Assembly: GCA_964187785.1 (NCBI GenBank)
Contig: OZ076409.1
Coordinates: forward strand, 69,690,001 to 69,754,000
Length of the DNA: 64,000 bases
Source of the DNA: Amphiscolops sp. MND2022
Lineage: Eukaryota
Direction: 5' to 3'
A model generated the notes under the pieces. That model ran no database searches. It saw only the letters and a program-made list of their open reading frames with translations, and was not told where the DNA came from. Of this stretch, positions 20,972-33,717 are shown piece by piece. The translations under genes were made by a program, and so were the position numbers. How positions within the stretch are numbered: position 1 is the stretch's first letter; each line of letters begins with the position of its first letter.

Positions 20972-22281
20972 TGAAACAATTCCGAATCAATAATGAATTA
21001 ATCAATACGGAAATAACAGCGTAGCCGTTTGGAAATCAATCTTTTCTAGAACAGTACAGTATGAATTGTGTCCCGCTCAGGCTAAACACCGGTATTTATA
21101 CCCCTGAGCGAGTGACACTCACATATTTTACATATTTTCATCTAAGATTGACGTCGTAAGGTATGTAATGCACTTTGATTTTTACATATTTCTGGTACAT
21201 AACAAGTATGGTTTCGAAAGGTATTTGCATCATAAGCATTTCCGTTTACATATTTTCCACATCATCGGGAAACATCAATCACATATTTCTGTGAAATCCT
21301 GGTTGGGAGAGTTCCTGACATATTTGTCTCCCAAAATATAACATCAAACAATCAACATAACGGTACTTCAAACAACGTATCTATTCTACATATTATTGCA
21401 ATGTCAACAAATGTTAGCCTCGTTGTCGGAATGCGAGGCTCGTAACACTGGTATGTAGTGTTAGCACGTGCCACCACGTGGTTATAGGTCAACGTAAGGG
21501 GAAGCAAATTCAAATAATACATGTCTAATCTATTTAAATATCACTGCATCATTAAATAAGGGTATCTCTCAAAAGGGCCGAAATTGGCCAAATCCTGATT
21601 AATGGTACAATACTAGGGGGAGAAAGGGTAAAAGACCTTATTCGGCCTTTGATCAGCATTTAGTTTATTCGGTCCGTTGAGGGGTGCGTTGGTATTATTT
21701 TAATATTAAAACACCTTTGAAATGATCCCCAACTAATATGGTTAACTATAAAGTACAGATAATACAGCATCACTCATTACATCAAGACGGCCTAAACCGG
21801 CCATTTGACCAAGGTACAAAACAATTCATGGACATTAAGTTAATTGGCCGTATTCGGCCGCTACCAAATCAAAGCTATATTGCACTTGTGAATTGAAGCG
21901 CTGTGATTGGTTGAGGGAATGAGCTCAAGTGACGTTTTTGGATTATCGCTGAGCGTCACTTGAACTCGTTTCCTATACCGCTTTACAGTTGTTTATATTA
22001 GTACTGCTTTCGATTCAATCGATTTACATTTTAACTGCACTTTCACAAAGTAGCCTAATTTGGATATCTCCAAATTGTACAATCTCTAACAGACTAATAT
22101 TAACTTCATCCAAATATGAAACTGTTACATGAACATACAAAACAACAACTAATCGTTAAATAAAACTAGTTTTTAAGGTCCATAACCTGTATTCAGTATA
22201 TTGGTAGTGTACTCGGTGTCGGGTTTTGTTCTCCTGCCGCTGTAGTATAGTTATTTCCGTCACAGGCGGCAGCCTGCGACA
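20386..22281 (-). repeat. 5' LTR of element 1 (1896 bp)
   Basis: Direct repeat of 5927-7820; followed by the PBS on the minus strand. Confidence 0.96.
21093..21100 (-). promoter_or_regulatory. TATA box TATAAATA of the element 1 LTR (also 6634-6641)
   Basis: About 120 nt upstream of the gag ATG; the same octamer lies upstream of gag in element 2. Confidence 0.6.
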
Positions 22282-23088
22282 AGGATGTTAAAGAAATAAG
22301 ATCTAAAAAATTGCATCCCCATCCTGGCAACGGCTAGGAAATCTAAAATTTCAAAACGGGAATAAGATCTAAAGGAAATAAGATCTAAAAAAATTGCATC
22401 CCCGTCCTGGCAAAGGCTACGAAACCTAAAATTTCAGATAAAGATACGTAATCAGATCTGAAAAAAAAAAATTGAACGAATTTTTGGTCAAAATAATCAA
22501 AAATGAGAAACGCAAATTTTGTAAGAATTTTTGTATGAAGTACGCAAATTTTGCAAAATTTTTGCAAGAAATTTGCAAGAAATATTGTGCTATGTACCAA
22601 TCTTGCAAAAATTGCGATTTTCTTACAAACTTGTAAGATTCTTGTAAGAAATGCAAAGTTGGCAAGAATTTTGGAAGAATTTTGCAAGATTTGTGATTCT
22701 TGTAACCTAGGGGAGTTTTTACACTGGGACCACTTATTTCGAGGTTTTTTATATTCGTTATTTTAGTTCACTAATTTGAAGTTTTATTTTTAAAACCAGT
22801 TAGTTTTTTTTCGTGACATTCTAAACATTATATCAATTAATTGCCGAATTTTTACACTTTTTTCCATTTGAATGCTGGAAAATAATTTTCTTTTCATCTT
22901 ATTTTATTCTCACTTTTTGCTGTGATAAGGTTGGTATCAAAACTGTCACCGCCGTAAAGTTCATTTTAACAAAACAATATTGGTTTCGAAGAATTTATTT
23001 ATTTATGTTGACGTTGTCATGTGCTTCGATAATTCAATGTTTACATCAGCTGATAAGTTGTTATTATTAACTTATCAGCTGATGTATG

Positions 23089-24113
23089 CAGAGGTGTAAA
23101 AATTTATATTGTATTGCAATATATTGCAATTAAATACAATCAATATATTTATTTAGTTGGAGCAAAAATACAATATATTTATTGAAATAAGGCAAATATT
23201 GTCAGAGCTCTACAATATATTGCGCAAAAAAATTATTGCAAAATAGAAATGAAATTTCATTTAATATGCATTTTAAACGGACTAGAAGTGAAAGACTATT
23301 AAGGGAGATTTTGTGGACGAAGCTTTGAAAGAACTGGAAACAACACTTCTTGCCAACAAATTTGACTAGTAATTTCGAGAGTGTAGTCTTTATACAAATA
23401 AACAAGACGGGAACGTCCCAAGTCGGCGCCATATCTTAGGCTCAAAAATATTCAAGGAACAACTATTGTAAAAATTTGGAAAAAAAATTTTCAAAAAAAT
23501 TATTTTTGAAATTTTTTTTCGAAAAAAAGTATTTTTTAAGTCGCAAAATGCCGAAAAACTCAAAAAAAGGCCATTCAGGCTCATTCAACGTTTTCTACAA
23601 ACCGAAAATTTCAAAAAAATGCAAGGGGGTACCCTTTGATAAATTTCAAAAATTTTCGAAAAAAGTCGCATAGTGCCGAAAAAAACCCAAAGGGGGGACA
23701 CTTTGGTCTCACCTGTACTTTTGGAAGCATTAAAAAATTTATGGTTTAGTGCGAGAATCGAACCCACGCACTCCGGCTGGGTCGAAGATGGAAGATGAAC
23801 AAATATGAAAGATGAACAAATTGCAAGAAAAGTGGACCACTCAGAGTGAGATTGTCAACTGAAAAAAAACAAAAAAAACTACTCACTGTAAGAGTCGGGC
23901 TTTTTTCCTTAAGGGAAAAGGCGCCGACTAACAACATTGGGATGTTTGCCTTGTAAAAGAGTGTTTCTCTGCCCAATAAAATATTTCACAATCTATTGTT
24001 TTTCTAAAATATTGCAGGACAATAAATACAATATATTTATTGCTGAAATTGAATCAAACAATATATTTATTTTTTTGAAAAAATATATTTAAATACAATA
24101 TTTCACACCCCTG
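23089..24113. mobile_element. hAT-type MITE (CAGAGGTGT...ACACCCCTG) carrying a nested DINE-like element
   Basis: 8-bp TSD GATGTATG at 23081-23088 and 24114-24121; CAG...CTG ends; CAATATATT subterminal repeats. Confidence 0.8.
23401..23931 (+). mobile_element. DINE-1/Helentron-like non-autonomous element
   Basis: 5' AACAAGACGGGAACGTCCCAAGTCGGCGCC; internal TAGTGCCGAAAA and GGGGxCCC units; 3' hairpin AGTCGGGC...GCGCCGACT. Confidence 0.65.
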
Positions 24114-24546
24114 GATGTATGCACTGAATTATTGAAGCATATGCGAGAAGAACCTTGAAACTACTGCTGACCTCAATGGTATCAGATGATCGAAATAGTT
24201 TTGACACGTTTAGTGCTGAAACGGATTGAAATTCAACCGCCATTTCATAAAAGTTGAGAAGAGGACACTAACAGATTACAAAACGACAATCACATTCCAA
24301 TTCGCATTTAGTAAATCAAGTTTAGTGAATTACTTTAAGAAAATCCCAACCCAAGTTTGGTAAATCAATCAAAAATATATACGTCTCAACTGACAGAAAA
24401 TGATTTTGAATTGCTTGGAATTGCCGCGAATTATTTTCTCAACAGCATACTTGAAACTTAACCACGAAACTTGAAATTTGAGAAACATTTTGCACTTTTC
24501 AATGTGAGCAGGTTTGCAAAAAGTCAAGATTTATCATTTAGAAATA

Positions 24547-25480
24547 CCCGGGTTGACCCTCCATGGATATCTTAGTAAGATCTTGCCATCGTATTCATTT
24601 TGCCATGGTAAGATCTTATCAAGAGAGCCATGTTCCCAAGCAAACTTTTATTGTAAAATCCTATTTGGCCAGAAAAAAAATCTGAAAGGAAGTCAACAAA
24701 AATCAACATCTATGCAGATTTACATTTTTAGACATGACAATTTTTTGTTCCCAAGGTACAAAATTTGATTGAAGAGTCCTGATGATGTTTAGGAAGGCAC
24801 TGATTAAATTGTTCTGTCAATTGCAAAACTGTCGCCAACAACGGCGTCAGAAGAGCCTCGAGCTGAATCATTACCCAAATTAATTGCAATGACCGCCGTT
24901 TCTAACAGTACTAAGGCTGCTGAAATAGGCTCAAAGAAAGCTGGAGGTATGCATTGACAAAAATTTCCGGATTTTTAGTGTTTCCTGTGTAACTTTTCGA
25001 TAGTGGCTCTGGACGTTTGAGAGCATTTTTCTCCGTCTCTGGAATCGGCAGGAGTGATAAAGTTTTAAAAAGCCCTTGAAATGACCTTTCATTTGGTACA
25101 ATCGGCATTTTTCAGTCTTCAGGAGTTATTGGGATTGTTGTCAGAATTTCGGAATACTTTTCTTATTTTTCGCACAATTTTGCATGCAAAATGTTTTCAG
25201 CAGGTTGGAGCATTTTGATTATGAAAACGAGTAGAAATAGTCGTTGTTGGGTGAAATGAACCTTCAGATCGAGTCTCAGCTGCTTGTACCGAAGGTATGG
25301 TGTTTTTTATAATCTAAGAATTTTGTACATCGTGATAAGATTCGATCTTGGAATAATGTATTATCTTAGTAAGATCTTAGTATGAGTCTTGCCATGGGAT
25401 GCATGGTTGCCAAGTTGTACTAAGAATTTGGCAAGATCTTGCCATGGCATCCAAGAAGCTAGTACGAGGGTCAACCCGGG
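24547..25480. mobile_element. MITE family C (CCCGGGTTGACCC...GGGTCAACCCGGG)
   Basis: Perfect 14-bp TIR, 2-bp TSD TA, AAGATCTT subterminal repeats. Confidence 0.8.
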
Positions 25481-26114
25481 TATTCTATTCGTTTTGCCGT
25501 TGAAGATTTGAAAATTTGAAACTCCGGTTAACTTTTCCCTAAATTAAAACATACGTTACGAATCAATTTTTCTCATCGTTGAATTTCGAAGAATTTCTGT
25601 TCTTAGAATAAATAACAGAACATTGCGAAATGAGGTTTAACAAGAGGCCAGCTGAGTATTCCACCCTGACTTATTTCAGCGATCACATATTTTGGGGCTG
25701 CAGCGTAGCCAATGCTAAACAAAATTTGCACAAAAAATTTGTGAACCTGGTTTTTTTCGTCTTTGAATTCTGCAAACTCGATTCTGAAGCATGGGCGAGA
25801 AATATTAGAAAGAGATCTCAGAAACAAAGCGAAGCTGGTAGAATAATTCTTCTTTCCATATGAAAATTGAACATGAAATCGAAAATACGGTAGGAAAATG
25901 AGAATTCCCGCCACAAGTTTGGGACCATTCAAATAAAGTTTTGTCAAAATACTGGAGTGCATTTCCCTGTTACTGTAGTGTTCTGAAAGGACTCGCAAAA
26001 CAATAGGCACGGTGATACTGTGGGTTTTTTGTTTATACTTCTGAAATGCTTCTGAAAAGCATCGAAAGCTTCCAATTTCATTTTTGTGACCAACAGTCTG
26101 AATATTTTGAACGA

Positions 26115-26610
26115 AACAAGCCGGGAAAGGCCCAAGTCGGCTTCATATCTAAGGCTCAAAAATATTCAAGGAACAACAATTGGAGAAACTTGGAAAATTA
26201 AAAAAAAAGTATTTGGTGAAAAAAGTCGCATATTGCCGAAAAACCCAAAAAGAGACCCTTTAGGCTTATTAAACGTTTTTTACAAATCGAAAACTTCAAA
26301 AAACTCAAGGGAGTACCCTTTGATAGAATTCAAAAATTTTCGGAAAAATGTCGCATAGTGCCGAAAGAAAAACCGCAAAGGGGGTCTCGCCCTTTGGTCT
26401 TCCCTCTACTTTTGGAAGCATAAAAAATTTGTGGTTCAGTGCGAGACTCGAACCCACGCTCTCCTGCTTCTCAGACCCCAGAAAATCCGGGTTAGCCTCT
26501 CGGCCAAGAAGTTGAACAAATGAACAAAAAAGTGGACCGATCGCGTTGAACTGACAAAAAAAACTAGCCACTGTAAGAGTCGTGCTTTTTCTTCGAAAAC
26601 GCCGACTAAA
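26115..26610 (+). mobile_element. DINE-1/Helentron-like non-autonomous element
   Basis: Same 5' AACAAG..AGTCGGC and 3' CACTGTAAGAGTCG..GCCGACTAA ends as 23401-23931. Confidence 0.65.
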
Positions 26611-26981
26611 AACGAGGTCATGTGGTAAACCGCATATCACTACTGCTACATGATGATTCAATTGAAAAATTTTTTAGCTACTCCTTGGACTTCAAAAATC
26701 CCAAAAAAGTGCCCGACTAATACAGTGACCAATGTTTTTGTTTTATTTTTGTTAGACCACTTCATTTCAACAGAGTTTTTTTTCACGCCTCCAGTTTGTT
26801 CACGCAGTCAGGATGGACGTTTGCCAAGGAGACAGCCGTCGGCGCGATGTTTTCCGAGGACTTAATATCATTGAATACAAACACTTGCAGTGTCAAAGGG
26901 TCCGCTTTTGGAGATTTTGACACTGTGACTTTTTTCGACAGTTTTTTTATTCATCAAAGGGCCCATTTTCGTTTTTTTTGT

Positions 26982-27519
26982 CCCAGTGCAAAATATCTTG
27001 AAACTCTTGCCAAGATCTTGCATATTCTTATATAATCCCGTTTACCCTTGACAGCTATGGTAAGATCTTGTTTATTCTTGCTTGACACAAAACTCTTGAC
27101 GTTCTTGATAGGAATTTTGGTAAAAGTCTTATCAAGAGTGTCAAGAGAATGAATAGCTTGTAAAACAAACAACAATTTTGTTTACAAGTTTTTGCTGTTG
27201 TTCGTACTACCAGCTACACTATCATTTGTTGAAATATTGAATATAAGACAACACAAAGTTTTGAATTTCAGAACACGATAGCTTGGTTGGTAGCGCGAAC
27301 AGCTGTGGTAGATTAGGTACGCTGATCAAGCCGAAGATGGCGTGGGTTTTTGTTTGTTTTCATTCACTTTTGTTAGCTTTTCTCACCAAACTCTTGGCAA
27401 GATCTTGCAAGATCGTACATATTCTTGGCGCTCTTGATACGAATCTTTCCAACATTCTTACCAAGGGTTTCACGAAATTTTAAGATTCTTATCAAGAATT
27501 TCAAGCGTTTCTCACTGAG
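26982..27519 (+). mobile_element. MITE family A copy
   Basis: CCCAGTG...CACTGAG ends, TSD GT, shared internal core. Confidence 0.75.
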
Positions 27520-30500
27520 GTGTTTCAACTTCCAAAAGACGTTTTTCTAGCCTAAGGATTCTCATCTTTCAGTTTTTTGGCAGTGTGCGATTTTTTCAAA
27601 TTTTTCTATTCAATTCGGGTATTTTGCATGTGTTCATGAAGATAAAAGCCTTTTCCGAGGTAGCAGGTAGCCGGCCAATTGAATATTTTTCACCACTTAA
27701 AAAAGTTTGAAATTTTCCAAAAAGCAAACCCTGACCCTAAGGACTGTGATACTTTATATGTTCTCCTCTTTTTAAAATTTAGTTCATTACCCTTGTCGAT
27801 ATAGCTTGAACTTTTTACATGCTGCATGAAAAACATGCATGCTAATTTTTCATGAAAACGTGGAAAATCCAAGTAGCATGCATAGAACTATTTTGTTGGA
27901 TTAAAATGCACCTTCCAATGTCGTAATTAAAAGTAAAAAAATATCTACGTCTTCACCGTCGCAATCACTTTGTTTTCACGCTTAAGTTTCTCAAACAAGT
28001 AACTCATGTAATCACTGTTAGTCAAATAGCACACTAAATTTGCCGCTACATTGAAACTTATAATGTGACTGAAGTTTATTGGCATTGAAATCGCGGTAAA
28101 ATTATTGAGGTCACAGCTGCTTCAAAAATTAGAATGGAATCGTGATGAAACCTCGCAAAACTTCGTGTCTCGGAGTTGCCGCCAAATTTAGGATGCATCT
28201 TTTAGGCAGCTTGATAAAATTAAATTGAATCAGTGAAAATTTAATGCAAGGAAGTCTTCTTGAGAATTTTATAAAATCATAAAATATTAGCTTGGCACCC
28301 TACAAAAACTTGTAAAAAGTTCAAGCAGTGTCAACAAGGGTACTCTTGGTAGTTTCGCTTTGGAGCTATCAAGTTGGGTCAACATTTTGATGACGGTTTG
28401 ACTTTTCGTACTTGAAATTTTTTTCTTACATTAAATGTCGCTACCAGTAAAAAAGAGCTGAGAAACTTCACAACATCTAAGAACAGTTAATTTTAAAATC
28501 TCAATTTCCAAAATAATTAAAAAGGTAAATGTTCATACAAACTCAAATTATCACGGCTCTTCTTAAATTTAGTCATAACAACGTGAAAGCTTTCAACAAG
28601 GAACTAACCAAAAAGTACTCCCTATCTATTGAAAAGGTTCCACCAATTCCACATGAGAAAATACCAAATTTGTAATTAATATGTGCTGTTATCTCATTTC
28701 AAACAAATTACCAATAGTGCTTTGGCTCTCTCAAACACGATTGCTTTGAAGTTTTGTGTTGCAGTAAAAACTGTGTGTTAGATATGAAAATGATAGGCCC
28801 TAAACATTTCTCCGTTGATGAATTTTTTTTGACAGTTTTAAGTTCACTTTTTTGCATTTAACCTTGCCGGAAGAATATTGGAATTGCTTGAACTGCCGGT
28901 CCAGGAGAAGAACAATTTAATTTTTTTGGCTATTATAGAAAAAATGACGGATGATGAAATTTTTATTACTTCATCAAGAATTCACAAGCAGCATGTTCAC
29001 CAGGTTTCAGTTAACTCAAAGCGGGCAGACGTTGCCCAACACTTGGAATTTTACATGAATTTCCCAAATTTGTTTTTTTTTCTAGAAAGTCGTTCTTTTT
29101 CCAGCTTTGAGAAACATGATTTGAGAAAATTCAATTAATAGCTTAAACTAATTTTTTGAGAAAAGAACGAAGAATGCATAGTTTTCCACAATTTAATTCG
29201 AAAATTTAGGTATTCGAAAAGGGTCTCACTGATTCAGTACAAGGTTTGCTAAAAAATTATATTAAGATTTCTGATTATTGGTCAGCAGATTTTGTTGCAA
29301 GACCTGGGAAAACAATACATAGTGATGATATATTCAGTCAGGATCTTACAAAATCTTGAAAGAAACTCCTAATTCATGGAAGAAATTCTTTAGCATCTTG
29401 CAAAAAATTCAGACATTTTCTTCCAATATTCATCGAAGAATCTTGCACGAATTTTCTGCTTTTACAAAAAAAACGTTTGACCTATCAATTGTGAGAGGTT
29501 TGGTCAGAAATATAAAGCATTGGCGACCAAACGTTTTTTTTGTAAAAGCAGACAAGACAAGCAGACCTTTTAAGGTGTATGCAAACAAGTAACTGGATTA
29601 AAGATTACCATGTTTCGTTTTTAGATTGTAGATTTTCAGTCATTTTTTGACATCATTGCCTCGATCATTTGATGAGTCACCGTCTTTCCTGAAGAGATGT
29701 CTACTCTTGAGACTGCTGACGATTCATCCTCAGTTAATAACAATCAACTGATTCGCATCAATTTGAGACCACTTTAGCATTGCTTCATCAAAAATTTGTT
29801 CTTACATTTCGGTAAAATCAAAAATAAAGCAAAGCTTGTCACGTGATAAAAGGAAAAGCAGACTGAGTTTTTGGCTTTATAATTCGTTGCTTTGTTTCAT
29901 TTCGATTGATTAAAATTGTTTTTTATTCAGATTGTTTTTATTTCGTTTCTATTTAAAAAACGCGAATGGAAAAATAACCGTTTGTTTACCTGTAAATTTC
30001 TCATTAAAGACTTCCTGTTGCTACAATTTTTTTTCGTCTAATTAGTTTCAGTTCATTTATTCTCAACTGTTTTCGAAAATCGTTTTTTACTTGAAAGAAT
30101 TCACATGAATTACCGTTGAGTGTTTAAACGTTGAAAATATTCTGAAACGTGTATTGTGTTCTTATCCACGTATCATTGACATGGTGCTAACATTTAGTTA
30201 TTGAAAGAAATTTTATATAAATGATTTAGCTTAACCAATTGGAGTATTTTTGACAATTTTTAAAATAGCTAGCTATCTATTGAAACGTAATCCTGGCTCC
30301 ACACACACACCGTTATGTTGGGAAACAATCTCACAGTTTAATTTAATCCACAATCCACTGCGAGCACTCAAGCATATTTTTGCATTCGTTTATTTTCTAA
30401 AAATTAAACTACTCAAATACGTATTTATCTAATGAACTCAAGAAAGATGCAGGAATAAAATTTCTAATTTTCTAAAATTTCTAAAAAAAGAAGACTCTTC

Positions 30501-31109
30501 TCTAGTTTTGTAGGATAGTACGGAATCATAACAGAACGAAAAGCTATATGTGGTTGCTTGGACACCGGGCGACATTTTTCAGAAATTTTTTTCATTGCAG
30601 CATACTGTTACTTTTATGTTTTCTGTTTTAAAAAGCTCTTTTAAACGCAAAGGGTTTCTTTTCTGTAAAAGGCCATTTTGAGTCCTTTATGTAATTTTCG
30701 GTAATGTGAACCTTCTATCTTTCACAAAAGCAGCTTCCAACATGCTTGAATAAAATAATCAAAACTTTTTTCAGCCCAAATGCTCCTCCCTGTTAGTGTC
30801 TTTTGGCACTGTGAGACTGAGAAGTCCTACAAGAACAGTCCCTGAACGTTTTGAAGTATTTTAGCCCAGAAGTTTTGAAGCTTTTGGGCTTTGAGCGGTG
30901 CAAACTTATGCTGCTTCCAGCTTGTTTGTCTATTCTATAAAGAAGAATCCTTCTTGATAGAATAGATAAACAATCTGGAAAAAGGAATTCTCAGGGAGGC
31001 CACGTTCTCGTCGTGGGTCTCGTCAAGTGCGATACTATGTATCTCACTTGCTGAGTGTCTCCCAAAAAATACAGCATAAGGGTTTCGGCAAACATTTTTT
31101 CTCTTGAAC

Positions 31110-31283
31110 TATGGTTTCCATACTATGATCGTAGTATGAAGCATGATGGTCATAGTATGATCATACTATGAAACATGGTCGCAATTGTAAGATTTTGGCA
31201 AGATCATGATCATGAAATGACCATCATCATAGTATGATCATACTCCGATCATTGTATGGTGAGTATGTTCTGACAGCCTGGGG
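31110..31283. repeat. CATACTATGATC/GATCATAGTATG subrepeat cluster ending in GCCTGGG; likely one end of another MITE
   Basis: Repeated motif in both orientations; no partner terminus found. Confidence 0.4.
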
Positions 31284-31297
31284 AGAAGGTGTTATTG

Positions 31298-32015
31298 CCC
31301 AGTGTAAAATATCTTGAAACTCTTGTCAAGAATCTTGCAATTTCCTGAAACCCTTGGTAAGAATCTTGACAAGATTCTTACCAAGAGCTCCAAGAATACG
31401 TACGATCTTGCAAGATCTTGCCTAGAACTTCAAGAAAAATGCCTAATTTTTTTGACTGAAAAAACGCAGAAAAAGTGTTTTTAGTATAAAAACCTTCCAG
31501 GAAAAACGAAGAAACTTGTCAAGAAATCCAAAGAAAATCCAAGAAACGCCAAGAATCTTGCCAAGAAATCCGGGAAAATGCAAGAAATGCCAAGAATCTT
31601 GCCAAGAGTTTCAAGAGAAAAGCTAACAAAAGTGAATGAAAACAAACAAAAACCCACGCCAACTTCGGCTTGATCAGCGTACCTATTCTACCACGGCTGT
31701 TCTCGCTACCAACCAAACTATCATGTTCTGAATTTCAAAAGTTTGTGTTCTCTTATATCCAATACTTCAAAGAATGATAGTGTAGCTGGGAGTGCGAACA
31801 ACAGCAAAATCTTATAAACAAATTTGTTGTTTGTTTTACAAGTTATTTATTTTCGACACTCTTGATAATACTCTTACCAAGATTCCTATCAAGAATTTCG
31901 AGAGTTTTGTGTCAAGCAAGAATAAACAAGATCTTATCAAGGGTTTCAAGAGGTAAAGGGAATTTGCGGGAAAATCCAAGATCTTGGCAAGAGTTTCAAG
32001 ATATTTTACACTGGG
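31298..32015 (-). mobile_element. MITE family A copy with internal CAAGAA expansions
   Basis: CCCAGTGTAAAATATCTTGAAACTCTTG TIRs, TSD TG. Confidence 0.85.
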
Positions 32016-32372
32016 TGTGCTCTTGTAGGTGTTTTTTTTCACACTGAAAACAGCAACAAACTGCAAACAGCAAAACTGAAAAAAACCTTTAGTGCAACGA
32101 AAAAAAAATCCAAAAATTGCACAGTGCGATAAATCCGGAAGGGATCATTTCCTACTATCTAGCCTTTTAAATATAGATACGTTCTAGACTTACTTCACGA
32201 TATGAAACCACTAACGAAAGTCCAAAACAAAAAATGGATAATTCAATGTGAAGATGAAGAAATATTTTGTAACTAGTCACTGTAATATTCCGCGTTTTCT
32301 TCTAATAAATAAATAGTCAAAAGCAGACATACAATCTGGACGGAAGAAGCATTTGGTGCGATGACGGTTTTT

Positions 32373-32906
32373 TAGTCGGCGCTTTTCGAAGAAAAACGCA
32401 GACTATAGTAGTGACTTCTTTTTTTTTTAAGACCAACGAACTGACAGATTTTATAAATTTTATAAGTTGGTACTAAAACGACACTAACACTAAACTGTGT
32501 CACGCTACTTCACTGCCACCTGTCCACTACGGCTTTTTCGAGGTCTGACAAGCAGAATGACATGGGTTCGAGTCCCGCCATGACCAAAATTTTTTTGTGC
32601 AAATTTTTTTCGGCTTTGTGAGACTTTTTTCGCAAATATCTCCAAAGGGTCCACCCTTCATTTTTTGTCTATTTTGCAAAAGAATGGATGTTAAAAAACT
32701 TGCAAAGGGCCCCATTTTACATGTTTCGGCACTATGCGACTTACGGGAGACCAAAATTTTTTTTAAAATTTCAAAAAAAAATCGGAATTTTTTTTTCAAT
32801 TTTTCCTCAAACGGGTGCTGTAGAAGAGAATACTTGACACTTTGAAGTCCTTTTGTTATTTTTGAGCCTTAGATATGGCGCCGACTTGGGCCGTTCCCGG
32901 CTTGTT
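32373..32906 (-). mobile_element. DINE-1/Helentron-like non-autonomous element
   Basis: Reverse-complement ends TAGTCGGCGC... and ...GCGCCGACTTGGGCCGTTCCCGGCTTGTT. Confidence 0.65.
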
Positions 32907-32927
32907 TACATATTCTTGCTGCCTAAA

Positions 32928-33717
32928 TCCAGTGCAAAACTTCTTAAACTCTTCTTCATAAGAATCTTGCATTTTCGGGAAACCCTTGGTATTTAAGCGG
33001 CAAGAAAATGTACGATTTTGCAAGATCTTTCCGAGAGTTTCAGGAGAAAAGGTAATGAAAGTGAATGAAAACAAACAAAAACGACGGCAACTGCGGCTTG
33101 ATCAGCGTACCTACTAAGCCGCAGCCGTTCACACTACCGACCAAGCTATCACGTTCTGAATTTCATCATTTTGTGTTGTCCTATAACCAACACTTCAAAG
33201 AACGCTAGTTTAACCGGTAGAGTGACATATAGACGACAAAAAATAGAAAAAAGTCTCACAAAGCCAAAAAAGGACGGGAAAGTCTCATAGTGCCGAAAAA
33301 AATTGGAAAGGGGGACGCTTCTGCTTTGGAATGGGTTTTTAGAGGCTTTGGATGCGTTGAAAATCAAGTACTAAGTACTTTTGGTAAGAGTGCACAGTGC
33401 ACAAAAAGTGGTTCATACAGAGTGAGTTCTGTGGTCTGACGAAAAAAAAAAAAGAAAAAAACTAGCCACTGTAATAGTCGGGTACTTTTCACTATAAGTA
33501 CAATTAACAATAGCAAAGTAATTTCAAACGAAATTATTCATTGCTTGCAAGTAATTTGTTTTCTTGACACTCTCGATATGTCTCTTTTCAAGATTCCTAT
33601 AATAAAAGTCCTGTGAAGCAAGATTAAACAAGATCTTATCAAAGCTTTCAAGAGTAGACATGAATATGTAAAAATAAGCAAGATCTTGGCAGATGTTTTG
33701 AAATATTTTGCAATGGG
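32928..33717 (-). mobile_element. Degenerate MITE family A copy containing a DINE-like 3' fragment (~33240-33495)
   Basis: TCCAGTG...CAATGGG ends and the family A core, interrupted by TAGTGCCGAAAA..CTAGCCACTGTAATAGTCGGG sequence. Confidence 0.6.

Larger units (their letters stand above)
5927..22281 (-). mobile_element. Full-length Ty3/Gypsy LTR retrotransposon, element 1 (16355 bp), pol inactivated
   Basis: Two near-identical LTRs with TGTCG...CGACA ends, 5-bp TSD AGGAT (5922-5926, 22282-22286), PBS, gag, and PR-RT-RH-IN order. Confidence 0.97.
4752..22712. mobile_element. MITE family B (CCCTAGG...CCTAGGG), interrupted by LTR element 1; own sequence 4752-5926 and 22282-22712
   Basis: Long TIRs CCCTAGGTTACAAGAATCA... 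/ ...TGATTCTTGTAACCTAGGG. 2-bp TSD GA at 4750-4751 and 22713-22714. CAAGA(A)TCTTG subterminal repeats. Confidence 0.8.
4235..22728 (+). mobile_element. MITE family A (CCCAGTG...CACTGGG), split by nested insertions; own sequence 4235-4751 and 22713-22728
   Basis: TIRs CCCAGTGAAAAAACTC / GAGTTTTTACACTGGG. 2-bp TSD AC at 4233-4234 and 22729-22730. Internal core shared with the copies at 26982, 31298 and 32928. Confidence 0.8.

Noticed and set aside
5927..22281. DIRS/tyrosine-recombinase element or segmental duplication as the cause of the gag-containing repeats
   Set aside because: The repeats are direct with TG...CA ends, 5-bp TSDs, a PBS and a DDE integrase, so they are true LTRs.
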